Assembly (NCBI GenBank): GCA_965644315.1
Contig: CBFFRQ010000056.1
Location: forward strand, 186,001-250,000
DNA: 64,000 nucleotides
Source of the DNA: Caecitellus pseudoparvulus
Taxonomy: Eukaryota; Protista; Bigyra: Bicosoecida
Reading direction: 5' to 3'
Shown piece after piece: positions 22,813-33,535 of the stretch. Below the pieces are notes generated by a model, which saw nothing but the letters and a program-made list of their open reading frames with translations, had not been told where the DNA came from and made no database searches. Every line of letters begins with the position of its first letter. Within the stretch, counting starts at the first letter, position 1. The translations under genes were made by a program, and so were the position numbers.

Positions 22813-24952
22813 ATGGCTGGTGAGTGCTGGGAGGGCGCGTGGGCGGCGCTGCGCCACCGCACGGGCTGCTCCACATCACTCCTCGACGCGGCGCAGGAAA
22901 AGAAACCTCCGACGCCGCCTTTGTGGGCAAGGGCGGCCAGGGCCGAGTCTTCCTCAGCACACACAGAGGGAAGGAAACTGCCACGAAGGTGGTGCCTGCT
23001 GCCTCCCGGGCAGCGTCCGAAGCTGAAATCAGAGCGGTGCGTGCCCCACTCTCGCGTGCAAGAGAAATGCCTGCCGCCCTCACCGCGCGTTACGCGATGG
23101 CCACACCCCCTGCGGTGCTCCCCGGGCAGGTTCGAAGGCACAGAAATAGACACATTCATCTGGTGCCAGTGTACACTGTGTTTGGCTTTGACCCGGGGGA
23201 GGGCGCGGAAGGCCTTGTGCCTCCTGGCGAAGCCCAAGCAGATGACACGATTATCGTCATGGAGCGAGCTGTCGCGGACATTCATGTGATCATGAGCCAC
23301 AACACGCATGGACTGGGGGAAAGCGCCTTTGTGAGGGAGTGGGCCATGCAGCTGGGCCATGGTGCGTTGCGGTGCTGCTGCGTGTGGCGGCAAGTGCAGT
23401 GCAGCACGAGGTCCTCCTGCACGCCCGTTGCTCGCGCCCTCCCCACCCCGCAGCGCTGCGGTTCCTGCATGCACGGGGCATCGCCCATCGAGACATCAAG
23501 CCTGAAAACGTCCTCATCGGCCTGCAGGAGGGAGCGCAGGATGCCCGCCACGCGTTGCTGGCACTCACGGAGGCCGCCGGTGCCGGAGTCGGCGCTGCCG
23601 CAGAAGTGCCTGGCGCTGCTACTGATGTACCACGCGCTGCCACCGACCTGCCTGACGCCGGCATGCCACACGGCGCCACATCGGACACAGTGGACACCTG
23701 CTCCTCCGCTGCCTCTGTCAGCGTCGCGTCTGTCGCTCTGGAGCACGGCTTCGCGCCGACCGACCCGCTGCTGGGCCCCTGGCCTGCCGTGAAGGAGGAG
23801 CTGCTGCGCCTGGTGGGCACCGTGAACCGGAGGGGGGACCAGGCCGCGACTGTGGACCCGGCCGTGCGCAGCGCTGCCGTGCGGCGCCTGCGGTCCACGT
23901 TCATGGTGAAGCTGTGTGACTTCGGCAGCTCCGCCATCCAGCGCGGCAGCGAGGTGGGCCAGGCGCCCATCATGGGGCACTCAGCCTGTGGCAGCCGGCG
24001 CTTCGCGTCGCCAGAGGTGGTGCGGGCCATGGACATGGGCAAGCGACCTGAGATCGCGCACCTCATCTGGCCCGGCACGCTGGAGCAGTGGGACACCGTC
24101 GTGCAGCGGGGGTACGACGCCGCCGCCTGTGACGTGTACAGCTTCGGCCTGCTGGTGTACGCGCTGGCCAGCGGGCACCTGCCCTACGCCGCCGCGTCGC
24201 TGCAGGAGAAGATGTACCGGCGCTTCGTGGCGACGCTGTTCCCCCACGTGCGACACAGCGTCATCGGCGCGCCCGGCTCGGAGTTGTGGAGTGTGAAAGT
24301 GAACGGCCCCCAGCTGCGGCGGTGGCGGTGGCCGAGTCACTTCAGCCCCGCCCTCAAGCACCTGCTCATGCACTGTCTGTCCCCCCTGCCGCACGAACGC
24401 ATGACGATGGAGGAGGTGCTGCAGCACCCCTGGTTCGAGCAACCCCAATGGCGCCCGGAGGCGGTGCCGGACCCCCCCGCCGTACCCATTGAGGCTGCTG
24501 CTCGAGAGACGTCCAACCCGCCCCCCGCCGTGCCCAGCGTCACCCTGCCCGCACTGTCACCTGGCCCGGGGGGGGCCACCACCAGTGCTGGCATGCCGAC
24601 CCAGCACCGGCGTGGGGGCGCCGGTGGCAGCGGCAGTGTCACGCCTGGCCTGGGCAGTTCGGGGCTGGAGGGGGATGAGGACAGGGCCACCCTGCGATCA
24701 GCACAGGCCGAGCCCCGGGGCATGTCGGGCATGTCCAGTGTCTTCAGCAGCGGCGTGGGGTCCAGGGGCGGCTGGGATGACTCCTCGGGGCTGGTGTCGC
24801 CTGGGGCAGTGGCGGCGGCGGCGTCCCCTGCTCGAGCGGTGCTGAGTCCGCCGCGGCAGGGGGGGGCTCGGGCGCCGCAGCACCCCCCCCCCGCAGGCTC
24901 CACCCTCATGCAAACGCCACTGCCCGATGTTCTAGAGGGCACAGGGGAGTGA
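22813..24952 (+). CDS. Ser/Thr protein kinase with large insert between subdomains VIb and VII
   Basis: VGKGGQGRV, ATK, HRDIKPEN, VKLCDFG, GSRRFASPE, DVYSFG, R..MEEVLQHPW. Introns 22820..22896 and 23362..23453. The 5' end may extend further upstream. Confidence 0.9.
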
Positions 24953-25011
24953 GTAGTGCGCTGGTGCCTCAATGCATGTCTGTATTTTGTGCCGTGCGGG
25001 GGCAGCTTACC

Positions 25012-28000
25012 ATGGGCGGTGGCTCAGACAGCTCAGGCAGCGATGCCGAGCGGGAGGGCGGCAGAACAGTGCTGCGGCGGCGGACGGGCCGCAGAGGGGG
25101 TAGGCGGCACCCAGCAGGGACTGGGCACCTGGATGCCACCGGGCAGCGTGCCAGTGGGCAGGTTGCTTACGACGATGAGGACGGCGGGGACAGCCTCAGC
25201 AGCTTCATCGTGAACAGTTCCGAGGAGGATGGGGAGGGGCTGGGGGATGAAGAGGGTGACCAGGCTCATGGCACTGTGGCCTCACCTCCTGCCTCTGCTC
25301 GGCGCCAGCGGCGCCCTCACTCAAAGCCATTTGCGCGCCGGCGTCGCCAGCCGCGGTCAAGGCCCGCTGCGCCCGGTGCACAACCGGTCGTGGACATTGA
25401 GAGCTCGGGTGATGAGTTTGTTGATGCTGTCACTGTCCGTAGCTCCAAGCCAGGGTCACGTCGGTCAGCACGGGCGGCGCGGGGACGCGCTGTGCGGGGA
25501 GCTCCGAAACGCCGTCGAAACGCAGGCAAGCTTACGGACGACGCCCTGCATGGCTATGGGGGGCTGTCAGACGACGGGTGGCTCGTGGCAAGCAACGAAG
25601 AGGGGGGCAGCAGCCAAGCCTCCGACGCGAGCACAGGCAGCAGCGACGACCAGTCACAGCCGGACGCGGCAGCCTTCACCCACGCAGGCCTGGACCGGGC
25701 CATGCGGGAGGCAGCTGAGGCAGTGGCACAGGACCGTGGCGTGGGCATCTGCACCTCCTTGGGCCTGCGCCCGGGCGGCGCGCTGCCGCTCCGGGACAAC
25801 ATGCACCTGTACGCGCTGTTCTTGCTGCTGCAAATGGTGTACCCCGGCACGCTGCCGGTGCTGCGGGGCCTGGCGCAGTGCCCTGACGCCCAGCTGTACC
25901 GCCAAGTGTGGAAGGCGGTGGAGGAGCCCCTGGCCTCCCGGCGCGAGGCGCTGTTCCACTCCTCTGTCTGGTCCCCTGCCCTGCGCAAGCTGGTGCACAC
26001 GCTGCCCCGCCTGCGGGTGCTCACGACGGAGCCCACCGACGCACTGTACATCCGGGACCCCGTGCTGCAGGACAAGTTCACGCGGGACCTGCTGGCGTCG
26101 CCACATGTGGCGGCGGCCGTGGCGGCAGGGCACCCTCCCCCCACACCCCTGCATGGCCTCTCCAACAAGTGTGGCGTCTGCCGCCGGCGGGGCGGGCACC
26201 CCTCACGAGTCACCCTCACTTTCTTCGGCCGCCGCCTGCCCCCAGGCGGCCTCGCGGACGACATCAACGCCACATCAAGCACGGGCAGCAGTGTTCTGGG
26301 TGTGCATGCGTCACAGCGCAAGCGCCTGGCTCGGCAGGTGCGTGCCCGGGGGCAGGCTGCAGCCGCCCAGGCCACCCGTGCAGTGGCTGCCGTGCTGCCA
26401 GGGCGCACTGTGGCGGGGGTGGGCCCCAGTGGAGGAGGGGGCTCGGACAGTGATGCCTCGTGGACCGACGTCGTCTTGGCAGACCCCCGCCGCCCCTCGG
26501 CACGGGTGGTCATCCCCCTCGCAAAGGGTGCCGGCGAGGTCCGCTGTGTTCCGGGTTGGGAGGCGGAGCTGCCACGGGGGCCGCAGAGTGCCACCCTGCA
26601 GCCAGGCACCCCTGCCACCGCGCAGGGGCAAGCTTTCTATGCAGTGGTGGCACCCCCCTCCTACACCCCCTCCTCTGACTCGGACTCGGATGGCGACGCC
26701 AGTGCCTCCAGCGGCAGTGCGAGTGGGGGGCGCCCGCGTCGGCGCCGCCTGACGGGCGCCGAGGCAAGTGGCCAGCATTTGCTCCAGGAGGGCATCCCGC
26801 GCCAGTGCCTCCCCCGCTGGATCGCCGCCGGCCGCATGTGTTGCCAGCGCCTGCGGGCGTACCACGCCACGTACCACTTCAAGTACAAGCTCTGCGCCGA
26901 CATCGCGCGCACCCTGCATGACTTCGCCTGCGAACTGGAGGAGGGCGCGGCGGGGGCTGCAGCCACAGCGCCCGCCGCCCCCGCTGCCAGCACGCCCCAA
27001 CTGCACCGCGCGCTGCTGGCGTCCGAGCCCGCCTGCCGCCGTCTGGAGCAGGTGGCTCGCACAGTGAAGCAGGCCTTCCTGCCCACCCTGCCAGACACGC
27101 CGCCGCCGCCGCCTGCGCCGGGGTATGAGGTGTTCCCGCCCCAGGCACCCGCCCTGGCGTACGGCGACCTGCCGCCCTACGCCCTCCCGCCGCCGCCGCC
27201 GCTGGCCTTCCTCCTCGCCATCACCCACACATCAGCCTGGCAGGCCCTCGTCCGGCGGTGGACCGCCCAGCACGAAGCCTTGAGCCGCCTCAGCAATGCC
27301 CGGTACGCCACCAGCGCCAGCGAGGCGGAGGGGCTGGATGCCGGCGGGCCGGATGGGGGGGTGGATGAGGAAGGCCTGGACGTGTTGGAGGATGCACTGG
27401 GCGCTGAGGTCCTGCCCTTGCCCGTGTGGGCCGCGGGGGAAGGCTGCAGGCCGCCCTTGGACCCCGCCGAGGCGGGCCTGGCTGGTGCACTGCCCCTGCG
27501 ACCCGAGGGCGAGTCTGCCAGTCCCAGCGGCGGGGGGGATGCCTGGACACGGGGGTTGACGCAGCACCCCCCCGCAGTGCTGCGCCTGCTGGCGGCGTGC
27601 TGCCTGGACACCTGCCCCAGAGTGCGCTCGGCATCGCTGGCGCAGGCGACGGCTGTGCTGCGCTCTTCCAAATCGGAACACAGGTCTGCCCAGGGGGAGC
27701 TGGCCACCGCCCTGCGGAGAGGGCAGCGGGCGCTGTCCAAGTGGGAGGCTGCCGCCACGGCATACCAGGTATTCCGCGAACACTGCCTGGAGGCCCAGCA
27801 GCTGTTGGCGGGGGGGTCCATGCTCAGTCCCGCCCAGGCCACGGCAGCCGTGCGGCAAGCCATCCTGACGCTGTCTTCCTCGGACAGCGGCAGCGACGAT
27901 GAGGGGGGGTCCGCCTCGGATGAGGGGGGGGTGGATGCCCCCGCCGCATGGGCCGCCACCCGGGCTCGCCGACACACCCTCTCCGCCTCCAAGCGCCGCC

Positions 28001-28485
28001 GAGCCCACCGCAAGGCCCGTGAGGAGTCCAGGGTCGGTGCCGCGTCGCCCCCCCCCACACCCCCTCGGGCCACTCGAGGCACCAAGCGCCACAGGCGGCC
28101 CGTAGCTGCTGCCGTGACGCCGCCTGGGGCAGGGGGTGTGGAGGAGGTGTCCACAGACGATGACACGCCACTGGCTGACCTGATCAAGCGCCGGCGGCCC
28201 CCCTCGCCGGCCTCGCCCGGTGGCAGCGACGCCTCCTCGTGGGCCAGCCTGCTGCTTCCCCCCTCCAAGTTGGTAGTGCACCCCCCTCCGGCTGCGCCAG
28301 AGCGCCCACACACCGCACAGCACAGCCTTGGTGTGTCCCGTGCGCCAGACACCTTCTCCCTGCTCACGCTGGATGCGGGGGCGGGGGTGCAGCTGCTCGG
28401 CTCTCAGGCTGAGCGGGCCATGCGCCGCCCCACCTCGCCCACCTCCGCGTCCAGCGGCGCGCCCTCGCCACAGTCCACTCTGTAG
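25012..28485 (+). CDS. DUF4211/CCDC82-like protein with acidic and basic low-complexity flanks
   Basis: SSVWSPALRKLVHTLPRL, CGVCRR..VTLTFFG and GRMCCQRLRAYHATYHFKYKL resemble the DUF4211 (CCDC82 C-terminal) pattern. Long open frame. Confidence 0.65.
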   Translation: MGGGSDSSGSDAEREGGRTVLRRRTGRRGGRRHPAGTGHLDATGQRASGQVAYDDEDGGDSLSSFIVNSSEEDGEGLGDEEGDQAHGTVASPPASARRQRRPHSKPFARRRRQPRSRPAAPGAQPVVDIESSGDEFVDAVTVRSSKPGSRRSARAARGRAVRGAPKRRRNAGKLTDDALHGYGGLSDDGWLVASNEEGGSSQASDASTGSSDDQSQPDAAAFTHAGLDRAMREAAEAVAQDRGVGICTSLGLRPGGALPLRDNMHLYALFLLLQMVYPGTLPVLRGLAQCPDAQLYRQVWKAVEEPLASRREALFHSSVWSPALRKLVHTLPRLRVLTTEPTDALYIRDPVLQDKFTRDLLASPHVAAAVAAGHPPPTPLHGLSNKCGVCRRRGGHPSRVTLTFFGRRLPPGGLADDINATSSTGSSVLGVHASQRKRLARQVRARGQAAAAQATRAVAAVLPGRTVAGVGPSGGGGSDSDASWTDVVLADPRRPSARVVIPLAKGAGEVRCVPGWEAELPRGPQSATLQPGTPATAQGQAFYAVVAPPSYTPSSDSDSDGDASASSGSASGGRPRRRRLTGAEASGQHLLQEGIPRQCLPRWIAAGRMCCQRLRAYHATYHFKYKLCADIARTLHDFACELEEGAAGAAATAPAAPAASTPQLHRALLASEPACRRLEQVARTVKQAFLPTLPDTPPPPPAPGYEVFPPQAPALAYGDLPPYALPPPPPLAFLLAITHTSAWQALVRRWTAQHEALSRLSNARYATSASEAEGLDAGGPDGGVDEEGLDVLEDALGAEVLPLPVWAAGEGCRPPLDPAEAGLAGALPLRPEGESASPSGGGDAWTRGLTQHPPAVLRLLAACCLDTCPRVRSASLAQATAVLRSSKSEHRSAQGELATALRRGQRALSKWEAAATAYQVFREHCLEAQQLLAGGSMLSPAQATAAVRQAILTLSSSDSGSDDEGGSASDEGGVDAPAAWAATRARRHTLSASKRRRAHRKAREESRVGAASPPPTPPRATRGTKRHRRPVAAAVTPPGAGGVEEVSTDDDTPLADLIKRRRPPSPASPGGSDASSWASLLLPPSKLVVHPPPAAPERPHTAQHSLGVSRAPDTFSLLTLDAGAGVQLLGSQAERAMRRPTSPTSASSGAPSPQSTL

Positions 28486-28789
28486 CTGAAAACTTGGGTG
28501 GGTGGAGGGCAATGCACATGTTCGCGAGTGCTGCAATCTGACTTTCAGCTCAGCGAAAAGACTTGCAGTGGGTTGATTGCTTGTTGAATGCTGAAGGAGT
28601 GCACACACCCTCACAACGTTTAGTTCTGTATGGGCGCTGAGGTCTGCAGTTTGTCAAAATCCACATTGCGAAGGCAACTGCCCCCTTCTCTCACAGGCTT
28701 TGCGGGAGACAGTACCCGGCAAGTGCGTGGTGTGCCTCCACTAACCCGTCGCGCAGCTCGGCTCCCACTTGAGAGGTGCAGCCAGCCAC

Positions 28790-31125
28790 ATGGCAGCTTC
28801 GGAGGGGGGCAAAGGTCCACAGCCCCACGGGGGGGGGGCCGGGGGCAGTGAAGACCAAGGGGAACTGGGCATCATACGCGAGGCATTGACGTTCTGGGAG
28901 TCCTTCTCGCTGCAGGCGCTGCAGCAGAAACTGGTGCGGGAGGCGGCGTGGTGCGGAAGTTGATGGCTCACGCGCACGCCAGCCTCGCTCGCCACGCGCA
29001 GAGTGACCATGTGGACGACATGCTGGCCCGCCAGCAGGACTCCACTGCCTCCAAATCACGTCTGAAGGCTGCGACAGAGGCCTGGAAGGCAATGGACGCA
29101 GCACAGCGAGCATCGCAAACTGTGCCGTTGCTGAAGCAGTACCAGGCGGAAGTCAACGCGCTGACCCGGCGAGCACGCACAGCAGAGGCGGGCTTCACAG
29201 ACACGCTGCAAGGCCTCATGACTGCGCCGGATCCGTCGCCTGCCCTGCAGGCGGCCGTGGGTGCCGTGACCAGGGCCGCCACAGCGCAGGCTGCCGCCGC
29301 GACCTCTGCGTCGGAGGCCAAGGCCATGGAGGAGGAGCTGGCGGGGCTGCAGAGCCAGGACGTCACCATTCGACAGCTGACCTCCCGTGTGGAGGAAATG
29401 GCTGCCCAGATGGACGCGCGCGTCGCCGACGCCGTGGCGGACAGGGAAGCAGAGCTGTCTGCTGCACACGAAGCGGAGATGGCCACGGCACGTGAGGCAG
29501 AGCGCGACGCGCTGCGGCGCCTGGCCCTGGCCCAAGACGCGGCAGTCAGTGCGAAGCAGCAGGCAGCAGCGGCTGCCGCCTCCTCTGCTGCCGAGGCCGA
29601 GGCGGCTGCCGCAAGCGACGCCGGCACAGCGGCAGCCACGAGCCTGCTGGAGGGGCAGGTGGCCCGCCTGGCAGCAGACTTGGCAGCGGCCCAGGCAGAG
29701 TGCAAGGTGTTGTCCGAGCGCCTCGCAGGCTCAGACAGCGGGCCGCAGGGAGAGGTGGCTGCCTTGCAGCAGCGCCTGGCAGCCTCGGAGGCCGCCCACC
29801 ACTCCCTGCGCTCCGCTCTGCAGAGGGCGGGCCAGCGTGCCTCGGAAGCTGCAGGGCACGCAGAGGCAGCCGAGGCTGCCCTGGCCGCTGCCCGCTCCGA
29901 CTTCGCCTCTGAGTCGGAAGCCCTACGAAGCGAGCTGGCGGCCCGCCCAGACCCTGCCCACCACGCCACCTTGCAGCAGGAGCTGCGGACACTGAAGAGC
30001 ACGTACCTAGGAGGGGCGGCGGCACAGGACAGCGAGCTGGGCGCAGCTGCCCTCGCTCGTCTGCGGCAGTGTGAGGCAGAGCTGTCTGCAGCGCAGGTGA
30101 AGTGTGAGGAGCTGCAGGGGGCGCTGCTCAAGCGGCAGCAGGCACAGGCCGACGCCGAGGCAGAGCGGAACAAGGAACGCGCCGGGCGAGTCGCTGCGGA
30201 GGAACACCTGTCACGCTTGATGGCAGGGGCTGGGGTGGTGGCGTCGCCCCCTGCCGAGGCGGGCGCCGACACCCCACCCCCCCCAACCACCGGGCAGCAT
30301 CTGGCTGAGGTGTTGGGGGGCAGTGCCCCCCCCCCTGGCCAGGGCGCCGCTGCCGGGCAGGGGGCGCCACAGACCCCCATGGTGCAGGCGCTGGTGGCCC
30401 AGCGCGACCGCCTGCGTGCCAGTGCAGACGCAGCCGAGGCGGCCGCGGTCGACCTGCGCGACCAGCTGTCCGCCATGTCCCGTCGCGCCGACTCGCTGGC
30501 TGCGGACAACACGCGGCTGTACGAACAACTGCGCTTCCACGAGGCCATGGCGGCGGGGCCTGGGCGTGGAGCAGGCCTCATGCACGGCATGGGCGCCAGT
30601 GCCGCCCACGTAGGGGGCGTCGCTGCCGCTGCTGGGTTGGCCCTGGCGGGGGGCGGGCCAGGCTCCTGGGCTGGGGGGCTGCCACCCGCCCACAGCGGTG
30701 CGGGTGGCTTGGACCCATGCTCTGCCGCGCTCCTGCGCATGTACTGGACGGTGGCGTCGGCACTGGGCGTGCAGGGGGGGGGTGCGCCCACCATGGTGCG
30801 CCTGGCAGGGGGGCCCTCCACGACGCTGGGAGGGGGGTGTGTGGGAGCCACAGCCCCCACCCCCTCCGACCCGGCATCCGCTGACGCAGGCGGCATGTCC
30901 CTCAAGGCATACCAGCGTGCGGTGGCGTCGGCGGGGGTGTCCCCCCCTGAGCGGATGCTGCTGGGGTGTGCGGGGGCCGCCGCTGCCACCCCCGTCACCC
31001 GCTACGCCACGCTGACTTACACCCTGCTCTTGCACGCACTAGTGCTGTGGCTGCTGCTCCGCACGTGCGCAGAGCAGGCAGCAGGCGGGGTGTCGGGGCG
31101 CGGCTCTGCATTCACACACGGCTAG
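28790..31125 (+). CDS. CASP: Golgin CASP/Coy1 (CUX1 N-terminal-like coiled coil, tail-anchored)
   Basis: FWESFSLQALQQKL|..RQQDS..SKSRL..PLLKQYQAEVNALTRRA..PDPSP, QRDRLR, LAADNTRLYEQLRF, and a C-terminal TM YTLLLHALVLW with the conserved Tyr/His. Intron 28934..29001. Confidence 0.85.
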
Positions 31126-33158
31126 CCTCGCCCCGGGCAGGGGGGGGGGCAGCCTCTCCCGCAGGCGTCGGCACCGCCCCGTCCCCCGCCTCCTCCACCT
31201 CCCCAGCCAGGGCTGCTCCTGACGTTTCCCGAGGCAGCATGAACCCCGCCACTGCCGCCAGCAGCAGCATGGAGGCCGCCGCCGTGAGGAGGAGGGGGAT
31301 GGAAGTGTGCACCAGTGCCCCGAACACGAACTGGCCGATGATGCTGCCCAGGCGCCCCGCCGCCGCCAGCACGCCCATGGCACTGGTGCGCAGGCGGGTG
31401 GGGAAGGACTCCGTGCTGAGGGCGTCCAGGGCATTCCAGCCGCCGTTGGAGACTGCGTTGAGGACGCAGGCCAGCGTGACGACGGCGGCGGGGGAGGAGG
31501 CGAAGGCCATGCCCAGCGCCGTGGCACTGGCGATGAGGATGGAGCCGGACATGAGGTGCTTGCGCCCGAGGCGGTCCAGGAGCAGGGCTGCTGCGACGTT
31601 GCCGGGGAGGTTGGCGGCTGCCACCAGGAACGAGTCAGCGTAGATGTCCAGCTGCACCTTCTCAGCCTTGAACAGGGTGGGGATCCACACGTTCAGCCCG
31701 TACCAGCCGAAGGACAGCCCGAACCAGACGAGGGCCAGGAGGATGGTGGACCGCCGCAGTGATGGCAGGAACAGCGCGTGGGCTGCCGCGGCGCTGGTGG
31801 CCAGCTGGGCGCCACAGCTGCCCCTGCACAGGCTGGACAGGGCTGTGGAGGGGGGCATGGCGCCAGTGTACACGGGCGGCGCCTGGGCGCGTCTTGACGC
31901 GGTGGGCTTCATCAGGGGGCCACCCTCCTGTACGTCGTCAGAGGAGGTGGAGCCGCCCCCCCTGGCGCCGGCAGAGGGGGGGTGCCCGTGTGCGCCACCA
32001 CCCCCCAGGGACAAGGCTTCCCGCAGCGTGAGCGTGGCAGTGCTGCCCCCCTGCTCTGCCTCCACCTCCACCAGCCACAAGCGGTCCCCCTCTGCGCCAG
32101 GCATGAGGGGGGCGCCACCCCCCCCATCGCCCGTCAAGGGGGGGCGAACCGCAGACCCACTCACAGGCTTGGCCAGGCGCCGCCCCCCAGCCAGCACCAT
32201 GCCCCGCTGCCCATTCCTGTGCTGCATGTACAGCAGGATGGCGCGGCAGCGCTTCAAGTTGCCTTGCAGGAACTCGAAGCGCGGTGACTCCGGCAGCAGC
32301 GCAGCAGTGAGCAGGGCGCCCAGAGCGGCGGGGATGGCGCACAGCAGGGCGTACACGCGCCAAGATCCACCCAAGACGCCAAAGACAATCCACGCGACGC
32401 CTGCTGTGTAAATGGTGCCCACCATCCAGAACCACGCCACCGCGTTGATCCAGAAGCCACGGTTGGCCGTGGGCAGGTACTCCGTCATGAGGGAAAACAC
32501 CGAGGGGATGGAGCCCCCCACGCCAACGCCCGCCACGATGCGGCACAAGGCAATGAGGGGCCAGGAGGGCATCAGGGCTGTCGCGGCTCCCGCCACTGTG
32601 GCCACGAGCAGGGGGCAGGTTGGCGGGGTGTGTGCGGGAATTCCACGCGCAGGCGCATCTCACCTGCGTTCACGGCCAGAGACAGCAACAGCATGGGCTT
32701 CCGCCCAATGATGTCACTGACCACTCCAGTGTACAGGCCACCCAACAGCATGCCCAAGAACACCGTCGCAGACAGCACAGCTGCGTGAGGGGTGGTGCAC
32801 GCTTGCCTGCGGCTTTTGATGAGGCACGGGTGACGCACGTCTCGCACGCACACTGAGCCGTTGCGTCTGCCTCTATATCGTCCAGGTTGGGAATGATGAA
32901 GCTGATGGCCAGGAGCTCCACAGCATCTGCAGCATTCCCCAACCCGCAAATGATAGCCGCCATGACGGTGAACCTGCCAGTGCCGAGAGCCTCAATTTCC
33001 TCATCCACGTTGCTCAGGCTGCCTCGCTGGGAGCTCGTCGTGCGCCGGGAGTGCAGCAGCGCCGAAGCCTCAGTAGTGGAGGCATCCCCACATCCAGGGG
33101 ACAGGGGTGTGCTGCCCTCTGCATCGCTGTCTGCCGCCACGCTGCTGGGGGACAGCAT
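31112..33158 (-). CDS. MFS transporter, SV2/SVOP-like
   Basis: GLGNAADAVELL, SDIIGRKP, EYLPTANRG, PESPRF, DRLGRK and TESFPTRLR. Introns 32851..32781 and 32663..32596. Confidence 0.9.
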
Positions 33159-33535
33159 GTCTGCTGCTGCGTGGCGGTGTGTCTCACGCTGATGGGGGTG
33201 CAGGGGGCACAGCCAGTGGGGCAGGGGAGGCAGATTCTCACCAGGCACTCAGTCGGACTCACGGCACAATGCACTCCACCTCACGTTGCGGGAGGGAATG
33301 TGCACCTGTCTCGCAAGTGACCTGCGCCGAGAGCGCTGCGGAAATTGCTCCCGCTCCACACCCCGCCGCAACCCTCGCCTCGCGCATGGCCGCAGGCTGC
33401 ACAACAGCGTTGCACACCTGCCTTCGAACAGCCATTGCTAGACAGACCAGGACAGGAGCCCCACCTCGGCTGGCGCTTCCTGCACTCTCGACTGCGCGGA
33501 TTTTCTTGCCGGTCCACAATCCCCTCCCATTCCGC

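Noticed and set aside
28968-30998. 676-aa minus-strand ORF (also 373..1464, 20257..21795, 25229..26752, 57187..58848, 49767..50813)
   Set aside because: Antisense or alternate-frame shadows of recognisable genes, expected in GC-rich DNA. No motifs.
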